DNA of 64,000 nt from Octopus vulgaris. Taxonomy: Eukaryota. The position numbers and the translations under genes are program-made. The notes below the pieces were generated by a model. The model ran no database searches. It was not told where the DNA came from and saw nothing but the letters and a program-made list of their open reading frames with translations. The stretch's first letter is position 1, and each line of letters begins with the position of its first letter. This document shows positions 48,201-60,580 of this stretch, in pieces. Location: assembly GCA_951406725.2 (NCBI GenBank), contig OX597817.1, positions 146,568,001 through 146,632,000 on the forward strand, in the 5' to 3' direction.

Positions 48201-51200
48201 AGCTGGTGTGGGTGTTAGCTTCAGGCCTTCCTTTATTAGTTACTTCTAAACATTCTGGAATATATATATATATATACTTACAGCACTGAGTCACAGCTCC
48301 AGCAGCAGTGAGATCACGGTATTCTTTGTACATGTTGTGGATTCCACTTCGAGATTGATAACGAAGCCAGATGCCATAATTCTTTATGGTCCCAGGTTTT
48401 CTTTCAAAAATCTAACAATAAATTAGAAAATAAATTTTAATACAAAATATTAAGACATTTAATAATCAAATTGTCATCTGACAGACATCAATCACCAAAA
48501 TATCATCTTACCTACTGAGAGATACAAACGTATAGTGAGTCAGATATTCCTATGGAACAAAAAAGTCAGTGGAAGTCCATATACCCTTTCTAATACTTGT
48601 TCCAATCAGGCTCAAGGCCAGGAATTTTAAGGGGAGGGTGCCGGTCAACTATATCACCACTAGTACTTAAACAAGAGAGATGAAAGGCAAAGTCGACTTC
48701 AGAATGTAAAGAGCAAAAACAAATACTGCCAGATAGTTCTTCTAAAGCTCAAACAACTACAAATTCACCATCCTTGCTATCAGACCTACCATTCCTTACA
48801 ATAACATTGAACACACATCATGTCACTGGACTTTGATAAGATTAGTGACTAGCATGTTCAGAACCAGAGTATTTACCAACATCAAATTAGAATTCAGAGA
48901 AAATTAATTTCAAAACTGGACAACAACCACAAAACTAAAGTATTTGAACACTTTCAGAATGCTGGTTTCCCACCCAATAGGCAATGGACAGGGTCATTGA
49001 TTAAGGCTAATAGGCATGACTATTCTTGTGTGTAAATGTAGAAAGATATATTTAAGCAAATGAATTAACCAGCTTAGTTAAGTGTTGATTGAACACTGAC
49101 ATTTAAGTCCAACATCCGAATCGCCTGTTTTTGCTCATCCTATATCCACTTCACTACACCAGCACAGATTAGATTATTGTTATTCTGGCTTTGCTTTACA
49201 GTCAGATGTCCTTCCTGACACTGGGATCTCACAAGTCTCTTAAGTACATAACACAAACACCATTATTACCTGAATGTTTTAACTTTATCCAGTTTCAATA
49301 CAATTATCTCAATCACATCTCCTACAAATGCATGTGATATTATATGGGGAAAAGTGATTTGCGCTGTTATTTCTAGCAGGGTGTGTGACTACGAAGACTG
49401 ATGGAAGGGAAAAGTACTAGACAATTGTATTCAACCCCATAATCCTGGAACACTTCAGAAATACACGCTTTAAAAACAATAAATTGCCGAGTTTAAGGGT
49501 ATGTGCATATGCTGCAATGGAAGAGAAAGCCGTCAGTATGAAAAACAGTGAAACGTCGTGATATTGGTAATATCGAGTAAATGTGAAACAAAATGTTTAC
49601 TAGTGGTTGCAAACCTAAGGGAGCCCATAATTTAATACTCTTTTACTTGTTTCAGTCATTTGACTGCGGCCATGCTGGAGCACCGCCTTTAGTCGAGCAA
49701 ATCGACCCCGGGACTTATTCTTTGTAAGCCCAGTACTTATTCTATCGGTCTCTTTTGCCGAACCGCTAAGTAACGGGGACGTAAACACACCAGCATCGGT
49801 TGTCAAGCAATGCTAGGGGGACAAACACATATATATATATACGACAGGCTTCTTTCAGTTTCCGTCTACCAAACCCACTCACAAGGCATTGGTCGGCCCG
49901 GGGCTATAGCCGAAGACACTTGCCCAAGATGCCACACAGTGGGACTGAACCCGGAACCATGTGTTTGGTTAGCAAGCTACTTACCACACAGCCACTCCTC
50001 ACGTTTTTACTCATAATGGTTTAAAAAGCTTGAGTCACCCAAATGTTCAGGGCATAAAACAAAACCACTTTTCTTCGTGGGTGTATCAACTTAATTCAAT
50101 CCCGAAATACGTTAACTTAAGAGTGAAACGACCAGGTTGAATTTATTGTAGCACAATTTTTCTGACATCAACAATATATTTTAACTGTTGAGTAAAGGGA
50201 CATGTGCGTAGGGAAAACGACCGATAGAGAATATAGTCAATTGTACATTTCGTTGTCTCAGGAGTTCATGTTATCACACTATCTTTTCGAAATTACACCA
50301 CTTCCATTTATCACTGAATTAAAATGATCAACACGCTATTACTCAAATACAGAGGTCCCTAAAAACCTTAACACTGTGTTAAGCCTTTGTCCATGAAGAA
50401 TCCCCCGCGAGAAAATAACTTTGCTTTATGAACTGCTGGCATTAACGAAACGACAAAAACGTATCTCAGCAGCACCAATATTAAATCCATTAAAAAATAC
50501 AGCTATAAATAGTGGTCGAAAGATTAGAGGATAAAAAAAAATTGGAAGGCGAGTAGTAGTCATCATCTATACAGTATAAGTGCTTCTTAAAATGTCGTAA
50601 ACTTACAATTTGTATACACAAGTTTAACCAGTAAGAAACATTTTCAATATTTAGCATGGTATTCTGTTATACCCGCCTAGTGAGACGGGTGTAAATAGTA
50701 ACAAAATTTATTGGGGTGAGGTGTGTGTGTGGAAAGCATAGACTTGAAGAGGTAGAGGAAAAAACAATGTAAAAGTTTTGGGACAGAAATGACTATATAA
50801 AGAAACAACCACTCAGTTTCTTGTCCCTTTCCTTCCCCATGAGGTAGCGACGAGCGTTAAGTAGATTTTGGTGCTCTTCCGTTTGGAAAGTTTTGACAAA
50901 ATCTACTTAACGATTTTCTCTTTTACTTCATCTCCCCATGTGCAGCGAATTTAAAGCGATTGACATTTCTGCTTCTTTTGCAGACTTACCTTGTGGCAAC
51001 AAACAATTTCTCCTCTGCTCTTCTTTAATTTCCTAAGTTGACTGGCAAAATACCAAAATCTTGACTTAGCACTGCATGGTTCAGATGCAAATATTCTCAT
51101 CTGAAACAGGGGTGGAATCGGACATTTCTCTGTCGGTAATTCTCGCCCGATTATTTTATATTCGTTCAACTGTAATCAAGAAAAAAAAAATAAAGAACCG

Positions 51201-51772
51201 TAAATTACTATCTTTACAAATAGGGCATAAAACAAAACCAATTTTCTTCGTGGGTGTATCAACCTAATTCAATCCCGTAAATTTGTTAACTTAAGAGTGA
51301 AACGACCAGGTTGAATTTATTGTAGCACAATTTTTCTGACATCAACAATATTTTTAAACTGCTGAGTAAAGGGACATGTGCGTAGGGAAAACGACCGATA
51401 GAAAATATAGTTAATTGTACATTAACAACAGAAAGGCTATGGTTGAATAAAAAATAAAACACGTAAGACTAATGAATAGGTTTGGGAACGAATATCCCAC
51501 AGCATTTCTCGCAAATATACATTTTTGCTTCTGAATATTTGGAACCATTCTGCCATGTGGCTACAGCGCCATTTTGATGAAGGAACCGCGAGAAAACCAA
51601 GGAATTTATCGCTAATAGGTCATCTTCACAATATTTACTGTACAATAGATAGGCTGAAGCGGTTAATTAATCTGCGATTGTTCCATTAAAAGTATATTTA
51701 AAGTGGGAAACGTAGGAAATAATGAAGGAAAGAAATATTTTTCGAGGAGGTTACCTGACCACGGGCTCTCAT
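45219..51772 (-). CDS. RPL18A: 60S ribosomal protein L18a (eL20), complete, 176 aa; exons 51755-51772, 50990-51169, 48282-48411, 45507-45616, 45219-45311
   Basis: Spliced translation MRARGQ|[13 protein letters not shown]...AKSRFWYF...CCHK|[43 protein letters not shown]|[11 protein letters not shown]...KQFH|[11 protein letters not shown]...[10 protein letters not shown]; all introns GT-AG; 531 nt in total. Confidence 0.97.
46143..46269 (-). ncRNA. Candidate box H/ACA snoRNA, family A copy 1 (RPL18A intron 3)
   Basis: Hairpin UGCAC...GUGCA, H box AUAGUA, hairpin AUAGCUGU...AUGGCUAU, ACA plus 3 nt; 127 nt; sense to host gene. Confidence 0.75.
47930..48056 (-). ncRNA. Candidate box H/ACA snoRNA, family A copy 2 (RPL18A intron 3)
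   Basis: Near-identical to copy 1; the differences preserve 3' hairpin pairing (UUUUGGUC/GACCGAGA). Confidence 0.78.
49635..50000 (-). mobile_element. tRNA-head SINE family 1, CpG-rich (young) copy in RPL18A intron 2
   Basis: Retains CpGs that other copies have lost. Confidence 0.85.
50079..50209 (-). ncRNA. Candidate box H/ACA snoRNA, family B copy 1 (RPL18A intron 2)
   Basis: Hairpin GCACA...UGUGC, H box ACAAUA, hairpin UCAAC...GUUGA, ACA plus CCC; about 130 nt. Confidence 0.75.
51252..51383 (-). ncRNA. Candidate box H/ACA snoRNA, family B copy 2 (RPL18A intron 1)
   Basis: Same architecture; A-U to G-U and stem-extending substitutions relative to copy 1; 3' end about 82 nt upstream of the 3' splice site. 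Confidence 0.8.
51566..51576 (-). promoter_or_regulatory. YY1/Pho-type site CAAAATGGCGC in RPL18A intron 1
   Basis: Consensus match downstream of the TSS, common in ribosomal protein genes. Confidence 0.55.
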
Positions 51773-51786
51773 CTTGACGGGTGATG

Positions 51787-51796
51787 TAGAAAGGTA
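51787..51796 (-). promoter_or_regulatory. TCT initiator / 5'TOP motif of RPL18A (acCTTTCTa)
   Basis: Pyrimidine run about 20 nt upstream of the ATG, characteristic of ribosomal protein transcription starts. Confidence 0.75.
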
Positions 51797-52870
51797 GATC
51801 ACGTGACGAAAACGAGACTTTACAGGGACGGAACTACTTGGATTAACATCGATATTTAATTTTACGTCGAATTTTATTTAAAACATGCTTAACACATCTA
51901 TGATGAATTATGTATAATTTAAAAAGGTATAAAACTAAAAAAAGAACTATTTAAAAATGAACTCCATGTTTTCTGCTCGAGATCTCGCACACTCGATATA
52001 TTAAAGCACGCTTGTGGAGCGACCGAAACGAGACTTTGTGATACGGTTGTCTTCATGTCTCAATGCAAACAATTGAAGATGGGAAAAAAAGACAATTTGA
52101 ATTTACCAGATTACAAACTATGACACAATAAGCTCTATAATACTTTAGCTACCCTATCAACAATTACCCATTATTATGAAGCCACAGTAACAGCCTGTGT
52201 AGCCACATAATTGTGTAGTTATTAGTTTTTTTTTTGCTTTTAATCCATTAAGTTTGTGTTCCACGTGTCTAAAGAGACGAAGAGAGACTCCCCAGATTTT
52301 TACCGACTGGATTTGAAAATATAACAACAACAGCAGCCCCAAATATAAAAGAAAATCACAATTATTACATCATTTATATAGCATTTTTATCTACCTGCTC
52401 TAAATTCTGAAATAGATTTAAAAGAAAAATAATTCACATTTTTACCATTTATTATTACACAGAGAAGAGAGGAAAAAAAAACCGTTTTAACAATTAACTG
52501 TTAAATGTGATATGAAAAATATTCAAATTATGTTTACGCAGGAACACTCAGAAAAGTAATTGTTAATACAAATATGGGCACTAAATTTTAATTGTTAATT
52601 TGTTGAAACATCTATCAACCGTTATATATATAAATATATATCTCTATATTTTTTTGCTGGTTAATAAAACCAGTCCTTTAAATAAAATAGTTACCAAATG
52701 CTCTGCCAACCCAACATCTTGTCCTCCCATATCGACAACGGCAAACACAATTCTTTCTTGATATATACTTAGAACCTCAAACACTTTATTTGTTCTCGTT
52801 GTACAAAGTTTAAAAGGAGGACAAGTAATTTGGCAAAGAGTGTGTGTGGCAGAGTTGGTGAAGTTCAAAA
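51797..52870. promoter_or_regulatory. Divergent promoter region RPL18A/XPOT, with E-box TCACGTGA (51799-51806), DRE-like CATCGATA (51847-51854) and repeated AAACGAGACTTT (about 51810 and 52026)
   Basis: About 1.1 kb between oppositely oriented first exons; locally CpG-richer and free of recognisable repeats. Confidence 0.6.
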
Positions 52871-52903
52871 CAGATGGGAACGGTTTCTGTTCCAATGCTC
52901 GGC

Positions 52904-52969
52904 ATGGATGAACAAGCTCTTAGTTTTCTTGATGGACCCCACTTGGGAGACGGGAGAGCTCAAGAGAAG
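52904..52969 (+). CDS. XPOT: Exportin-T first coding exon (MDEQALSFLDGPHLGDGRAQEK)
   Basis: MDEQAL start matches exportin-T as recalled; strong donor AAG|GTAAGT. Confidence 0.85.
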
Positions 52970-54420
52970 GTAAGTTCATATTTCAACCGTAACAATAATA
53001 ACAACAACAAATAGGAAATTGCTTTTAAAAACTTATTCATGCTGATCAATGCAGTTTTTCCTCATAATATTCCAAATTTCTCGCGAAACTTTTTGCATTC
53101 ACACCCATCTTTACTGACATTATATATATATATAGAGAGCAAAGTATATAAATTTAGCAAAACAACATATATATGTATTGTTTTGTTAAATTTTTCTTGA
53201 GAACATTTCTTAATGGTAAGACCATAGCGGATCTATTTCTAGCATATGGTTATCCACATAGTGGTTTCCCTCTAATATGTATATAATACAATTTTACTGA
53301 ACCTTCAGTTTTTTTATATGCTAGACCACTGGCGTGAAATCGATGTTAATTAAATTAATATCTAATTTCTCACCCTCCTTTTAAATATATATCTGTATAT
53401 AGATACTCATGTAGTACCCATGTGTATATATGTACACATATATGTATATGTATATATTTTATTAATTTGCCTGTACGGCTGATAATTCGCTTACCACTTG
53501 TGATGGTATTTTAATAATACCATCCTTATATTTATATATATATATATAACGCATGTGTGTTCTATATATATTTATATGTACACACACACACATGTGGATG
53601 CATATGTGCGCAAACACGTATACATATCACATACCGTTGCATTTTGCCCTCTGACACCATCACTATTTTAACCACACCATGCTGTAAGCTTTTCTATATT
53701 GTTTTATCCTCCTTTGTAGAATTCAACAATTTTGTAAATTACGATGTGTATTTACTAATTCGTACATCATTAAAAAAAGCCCATCAAATTTACATGCTTT
53801 GGTTATACTAAAGTTTTCATTATAGATCATATACTAACACGCACTTAATATTTAATGAGGATTTAACAAATAACCGGTTTGTTTTATCGAGATCTATCTG
53901 GAGAAGTTTGCATGTAAGTTTTTCTGACCATTAAAACAGAACTATTTCATAATATTGCACCGATTCTCATAAAACTGATGCAATAATTGTCTGCTATTAT
54001 GAAAAAATTCTATTTACTCTAACAATGCCACCAGTACGATGAGTAGATAACAAAAACATGCTACTGAAGAAGTATTATAATCCATTCCTGACTTATTAAT
54101 ATTCTGTGTTTGCGGAGTGCCGACTGGATTACACATGATTGCAGAAATAGTCTATGAATCAAAGATCTTTGGTCAGAATGGAGTAAATCGGTCCTATTTT
54201 TAGAACTTGTAATTATTTGTTTTCATGTTTTTTTTTTAATTGAGATTAAACACTAATTAGTGAACACCTACGAGTCGATCTAGTTTTATTCCTAATAAAC
54301 CCATCCGAAATGGAAAAGCAATTATAAGAGATGACTTCATAAGCAAACTGAGCCCCAAGTTTACTTTAGATTCTAATATTTGTATATTCTGACTTTATGG
54401 TAATTGATTTTTAAGTCTTG

Positions 54421-54475
<55 letters not shown>

Positions 54476-55989
54476 GTGTGTGTGTGTGGCATTTATCAAT
54501 GTTTGTTTATTTACTTTGCAAGACAAGGATTATTTAGTATTTTACAAAATACTATGTTATTACATGGCAGATTTTTCTAAAATAAAAATTGTTGCACGAA
54601 TTTAGCATTCAAGTCGTGTTTTGTAAAAGACATCATTGGAAAAATAGAGGGAAACGTAGCATTTCCGCATTAAACAGGTTGATTTGCGCCATTTCATTAG
54701 CAGATGTCATCATTAATCGTGAGTGGGACTTTAAATCATGGTCTCTTTGTATTATTGTAATAAAAAAAGACCATTATAAGCTGTGTAGAGCTGTCTTACT
54801 AGTTTATGTGTACGTCTCTGTTGGCACGTACCTCCTTAAATCATGGGCCGAATTAGTATCATTTTTATTTGTTGTTGAATGTCAAGGAACTTGGATATAT
54901 TCAGCCACAACGGCGACAGCTAAGAATACCTAAGGGGACAGTCAGACTCACTGTTGGGTGCTTAATAAAAAAAAAAAATCAAGTCCATTGTTTCTATTTT
55001 GACTAAGTATTCATTTTGGAAATAATATAAAGCAATTTTTTATGGGAGATATTAAACACTTGACAACATGACCCTTGGACCTCTCCACACCTTCTTGCGT
55101 TTCGTTTTTCTATCCGATATTCTTCGGTATATCGAATTTCAGGAAAGAAAAAAAAATGTAATTCTATATATACCAAAGAAATATTACATCCACCAACGCT
55201 ATCAGCTGTAATGTTCGAGAATTAAACCAGTTTTCCAACTGAAACCTGCAGGCGTCCATAAAAGAATAGACACTAAGAAAGAAGAAAGAAAAACGTCTGA
55301 AATTTTTTTTTTTGTCTTTTGCAATGTCATTTTGCAACGAACTCCTGACCTCGAGGCACTTTTTCAAACCTGTATACATGGACTTCATGTACTTATGCTT
55401 ACATTATTCTATGTAGACCGTTGAAATTCTGCCGTGGTTGACTTTGCCATTCATTAATTTGGAGTCAATGAATCAAGTACCGAGGTTAATTCTATACCCT
55501 CTCTTTTTTTTTCTTCTTAGAAATCAGTTATGGTCCGGTCAGGGGAGGGATGAGTTCGTTAAAGTCACGGGGTGTCCCTACAACACCAAGGCGAGAAATA
55601 CAGTCGAGTGTGGCTGTTGTTAATCGAGTGATAAATTACAGAATAATACCCGATTCTCCCCACCTCCTTGTATGCTACTTGGCACCACTTGATTATTTTC
55701 CCTGATATCTTAAAGTATGTAGACACTGTCAAAAACTTGCAAATGTAGCACACCCTCCCACTCAGCCACACACTGCTCGAGGGAGTCTCTTAAATCGTCA
55801 CTTCTCCCTCTTAGAAACAGAACCAAATCTCATATTACACCCTACCGTTCTAACTACATGTAATCCAGATTCTAGGGAATAAGATGAAGTGGTAATGACT
55901 GGAATGCGTTGGAGCCACAGTCTGGCACAATCTGTTGACGTGGACTAAACAACCTAAGGAAGTTCCTATGTGGTCGTTTAACCTGCTAG

Positions 55990-56900
55990 AAATAGCAACC
56001 GAATTTCCCTAAAATCACTGTACTGTATACTGCACTGTCTTAAGGAAAGGTGAAATTGAAGAAAGTATTGAAAATGTGAGCGGGTAGTAAGTTTTAGGGG
56101 TTGCAGTCCTGGAGGTAAAGATTTGTGTGAAATGGAGAAGCTAAACTGGTGCATTGGTTGGGTGCAGGTTCGAGATCTTAGTTGTGATAAATATGAACTG
56201 CATGAAACGATATAGAATGTTTGTGTACAGACACAAGGGTGTTTTGTGGATTGCACATAGTCACCTATTATTTAGAAATATTTTCCTGACCCCTGAAATG
56301 GAAGCTTTTAGAATGTTAGGGTTATAAGTGTGTGGTTGGTCTGAAGTATTGTTCAGGGTTAAACTTTGGAAGGTTTTAGTTGCAAATAATTCATGAGTAT
56401 GAAGAAAGTCGAATAGTCGTGAATGTGTGAAGTATGTGCAGCGAATGACCCAGTCTCTGCTCATTTAGTAAACACATTGAATGAGACGTGTATTATGATG
56501 TTTGCATTTTCTATTTATAGAAGTTTTAACATGTTCGCAAATGTGTCGAGGTTACGTGACGATGACACGCGTGTGTGGAGGGGAGGTTGAAGTTGTTTGT
56601 CAGCGGGTGTAATCAATACTTACATTTGGAATGGTGTGTATTCAATACTTACATTTGGAATGATGTAAGTGACGGGTATTTTGTGCAAATCTTTTGACCG
56701 ACGTTTGTGGCCATTGGTGTGTGACATGAAAATTGGTCGAAGAGGAATATTTGTTTGGGAAATTATGGTGTTTTGATAGGTTTTAATTGCGATTCCACCA
56801 GAATTTGTAATCATTTAGGTACCTTAGGGTTAGGGTCGACCAAAGGGATATAAGGCACTGCACTGCATCAATTATATAGTCTCTCTAGCAAGCCCTCTTG
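55990..56900 (-). pseudogene. Degenerate non-LTR retrotransposon fragment of a different family
   Basis: LSQLRS motif resembling the LxQLRSG C-terminal region of I/Jockey/R1-type LINEs; heavily decayed. Confidence 0.4.
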
Positions 56901-57556
56901 GAAACTAAGCTCCATCATTTGTTCCCAATTTTTGTTGATGTAATTATTGAGCCTTCATGCTTACTGATTGTACAATGTATTGAGTCAGAACTAAGGGTCT
57001 CAAGAGCCACACTAATGGGTAGTTGTTTGAAAGGGAATGCTGTGAGATGTTTTCTGTTGTGGATTTTCATTGATGTTTGTGGGGAATGAAAATGTCTTTC
57101 TAGGGCTGCATGTAAAATTATTAAAAAGGCACATGCAAGTAATTAACATAAGGTTTATTCTGTGTTGATCTTTGAATGAAGAATAAAAACAACAATTTGT
57201 ACACACTGGGGTCTATATCAAAATAGCTGGTGGTAAAAAGCTTACTTCCCAACCACATGATTTCAGGTTCAGTCCCACTGCGTGGCACCTTGGGCAAGTG
57301 TCCTCTACTGTAGCCTCAAGTCGCCCAAATCCTTGTGAGTGGATTTGGTAGATGTGAACTAAAAGAACATGTGCTGCACAGTGGGATGGAACCCAAGGTG
57401 ACCTGGTTGGAAAGCAAGCTTCTCAACCACGCCTATAAAGGAGAGATACATTTTGGATAATGTACTCTTTGATTCAATATGCTCAACAAAAAGATGGGAT
57501 GTTTATGGAGAGAAGACCTTTGATTTTCATATTTACTCAAGCAATGCTACACAGTA

Positions 57557-58441
57557 CAGGGTGTTCCAGAATTAATTATCTGTTTCAATGAAACTGAGCA
57601 AATTTAAAAGAAAAAAAACTGACAATTTTGTTTATTACCAACAGAAATCATCATCATCGTTTAACGTCCGCTTTCCATGCTAGCGTGGGTTGGACGATTT
57701 GACTGAGGACTGGCTAACCAGATGGCTGCACCAGGCTCCAGTCTGATCTGGCAGAGTTTCTACCGCTGGATGCCCTTCCTAACGCCAACCACTCCGACAG
57801 TGTAGTGGGTGCTTTTACATGCCACCGGCACGAGGGCCAGTCAAGCGGTACTGGCAACGGCCATGCTCAAATGGTGTTGTTTCATGTGCCACCGGCACAA
57901 GTGCTGGTAAGGCGACGCTGGTAACAATCACACTCGAATGGTGCTTTTTACGTGCCACTGGCACGGAAGCCAGTTAGCTGCTCTGGCAACAATCATGCTT
58001 GGATGGTGCTCTTAGCGCTCCACTAGCACAGATGCCAGTCATCGAATTTGAGATTTTAAAATCTTGTGTCAAACTTTTATTGAAAATTTTCATCATGTCC
58101 TGTATCCCTGCATACTTCAAATCTCTCCTTAGCGTTGTGAAACACATTTTGAAGCATTTCAGTAGTTAGCTCCTGCACTGCTAACTGAATGTGTTCTTTA
58201 AGCTCAGCTAAATGATTGCTCCATCTTGATGATGGAAATAAAGAAAATGATTGCTATCAAATTGAAAAAAAGCCGTCATGGACAAATAAGAGCAGTCCAA
58301 CAGGAATGAAAGTACAATTATAAGCAAAAATTCAAAATTTATACACTTTTAACACATTAAACATGATAAACATAAATAAGAGATTTAAAAAAAAAATGCA
58401 TCTGATTTCACTCGAATCATCATTAATTCTGGGACATCCTG
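57557..58441. mobile_element. Tc1/mariner-superfamily non-autonomous element
   Basis: TIRs CAGGGTGTTCCAGAATTAAT / ATTAATTCTGGGACATCCTG with TA on both sides; internal transposase C-terminal remnant on the - strand. Confidence 0.8.
57648..58050 (-). mobile_element. RTE 3'-tail copy nested in a DNA transposon
   Basis: Tail motifs. Confidence 0.85.
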
Positions 58442-58989
58442 TATTTACTCGTCTGACTAAACAGGGGAGGGAACATGGGGTGGGGGACTAATTGCAAGTG
58501 GCGAGTGTAGCTTCCAGAAACGGTCACATGGTCAAACTGTGAGTCACAACAGTTAGCAGCTTGTTTTTTATATGAAGCATTTTGCATTATATAGTTCAGA
58601 CATGGGTGACATAGAAAGCAGACATGTTGCTGGGCCATGGTGTGTTGCATAGGATTGGAAACGTGAAACACCAACAGGGCACTTCTGAAGAATGGATGAA
58701 TGAGTTTGTTGTTCCTTTGCCCAGCTGCTCACACCTGCACATGGCCGGATGGTAACATGAAGCTTCTTATAATCCAGAAGTAGTATCAATATTTTATTGC
58801 CAGAAAATGACCTAAAACAAAGATAAAGCCCAGTGCAGTATACTCAAATCTGATTAATCTGCATTTTTTGGGGGGGGGGGGGCATAGTTGGCGTCTGGAA
58901 TTTTTTTTTAGTCAACAGCTATTTGAGGAGCCTGGTAAATGTTTGTTGCAGATTTGAAGGAAAGCAACTGGATGCTGCGAAAATGCTTA

Positions 58990-59182
58990 AAAATGCAGTT
59001 TATCTGCCCCTGGGCCTTCATAAGGCAAGAAGTTGAAAATTTTTTTGGCCCGTGACAGACACTTCATCGACTCTATATAATGCATGTGTGGAATTTCATT
59101 AAAATCGGTTGGTGGATCTCCAGTTTTAATGACATGACAAACGCACAGACAGACACATCCTGTTTTTTTCATATATATAGAT
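58990..59182 (-). mobile_element. Helitron-like 5' end fragment
   Basis: Minus strand begins TCTATATATATGAAAAAAACAGGATGTGTCTGTCTGTG...CCAACCGATTTTAATGAAATT. Confidence 0.45.
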
Positions 59183-60239
59183 ATAAGCATTACATTTGAT
59201 AGTACTGAATGCAAAAAGATTAAACAAAGTATAGTGAGACTATATAACTAATGCACAATATATACTGACCATATGATGAAATGCTATCCAGTAAGGTATC
59301 TAGGTCACTCACATTGTGTAGTGAGGCATGTGTAACTGTATAGCTGAAAATACTGTGCAGTGAGGCATGTGTTACACATGTGGTTGTCTTTACATATAGG
59401 TATGTGCCCTGCACTCCTCTTCAGCTGAGTGTTAATAATTTTGTGGGTGATGGTGGCATGTAAAAAGCACCCAGTACACTCTGTAAAGTTGCTGGTATTA
59501 GGAAAGACATCCAGCCATAGAAACCATGCCAAAACTGACATAGAGCTATGGCAGATCTTCAGCTGGTCATCTCCTGTTGAATCGTTCAACCCATGCCAGC
59601 ATGGAAAACGGATGTTAAATGATGATGAAGTGAGCTGAGGGAGAGGGCGTGGTTGGTTAACAATAGAGGAGGGTAATGGTAGGGTGTATTGGGGAAGGAT
59701 AGATTTAATGTAATCACTCTCTACCCAGGTATTGTGACTGGAGAGAGATGTGGAACGATAAGGATTGCATATTGACAGGAGCATACCTTGTAATTGGTGG
59801 CTTTGTACATTGAATAGGAAAGAAGGGGTGTGGGGAGGTTTTGCAGCAAATGGAAACTTTACAGGTGTTTCTTAACCTTTTTACCCTTGCGTAACCCTTA
59901 AAATATATTACATGTCTCACGGAACCCCTGCACACAAACAATTATATACTATATCTTTCTTTCTCATATTTTTTTCACTGTAGTTCACATGATAAATATC
60001 GTTATATGGTTTTAATTTTATGATAACATAATAGGTTAGATAGGATGATGTCTATATTACAATAACCAATAATATGTTGTGCAGGTATAGTAATATTACA
60101 CTCATGAAATTAGCATTAACTTATCTCACTCTTTCTCATGGAACCCCTAGGAACCTTTTGTGGAACCATGGTTGAGAGACATTGCTTTACAGGAGCATAA
60201 CTAGTTTGAGAGCTGGTGTCGATATATTATACGTCCTAG

Positions 60240-60580
60240 TCTCTCCATTACTACCACCATTTTAACATTCATTCTGTCATGCTTGAGCAAGTTTTTTGTA
60301 GCACTGTTTGTTAATTATCACTCCCTTGTCATTTCCAGCAGCAGTTTGAGATCAGTTTTCACAGCTTCATCCCATGCTTGCCAAAGTGCCCTTCTTCTAA
60401 CTACTTTGACCTCTTGGCACTTTTTAATACAGCTGTCATCCTCTATATACATCACATCGCTGAACCAGCATTGCTTTTCTTCTCGTTTATTACATCTAAT
60501 TTCCCACACACAGCTTTTCTTTCGGCTTATTTGTCCTTCCCCATTCATACACATTAACAGTACACCTCTTATAGCGGATG
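60240..60580 (-). pseudogene. Degenerate RTE RT C-terminal fragment
   Basis: EDDSCIKKCQEVKV...WDEAVKTDLKLL parallels the end of the LINE ORF. Confidence 0.65.
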
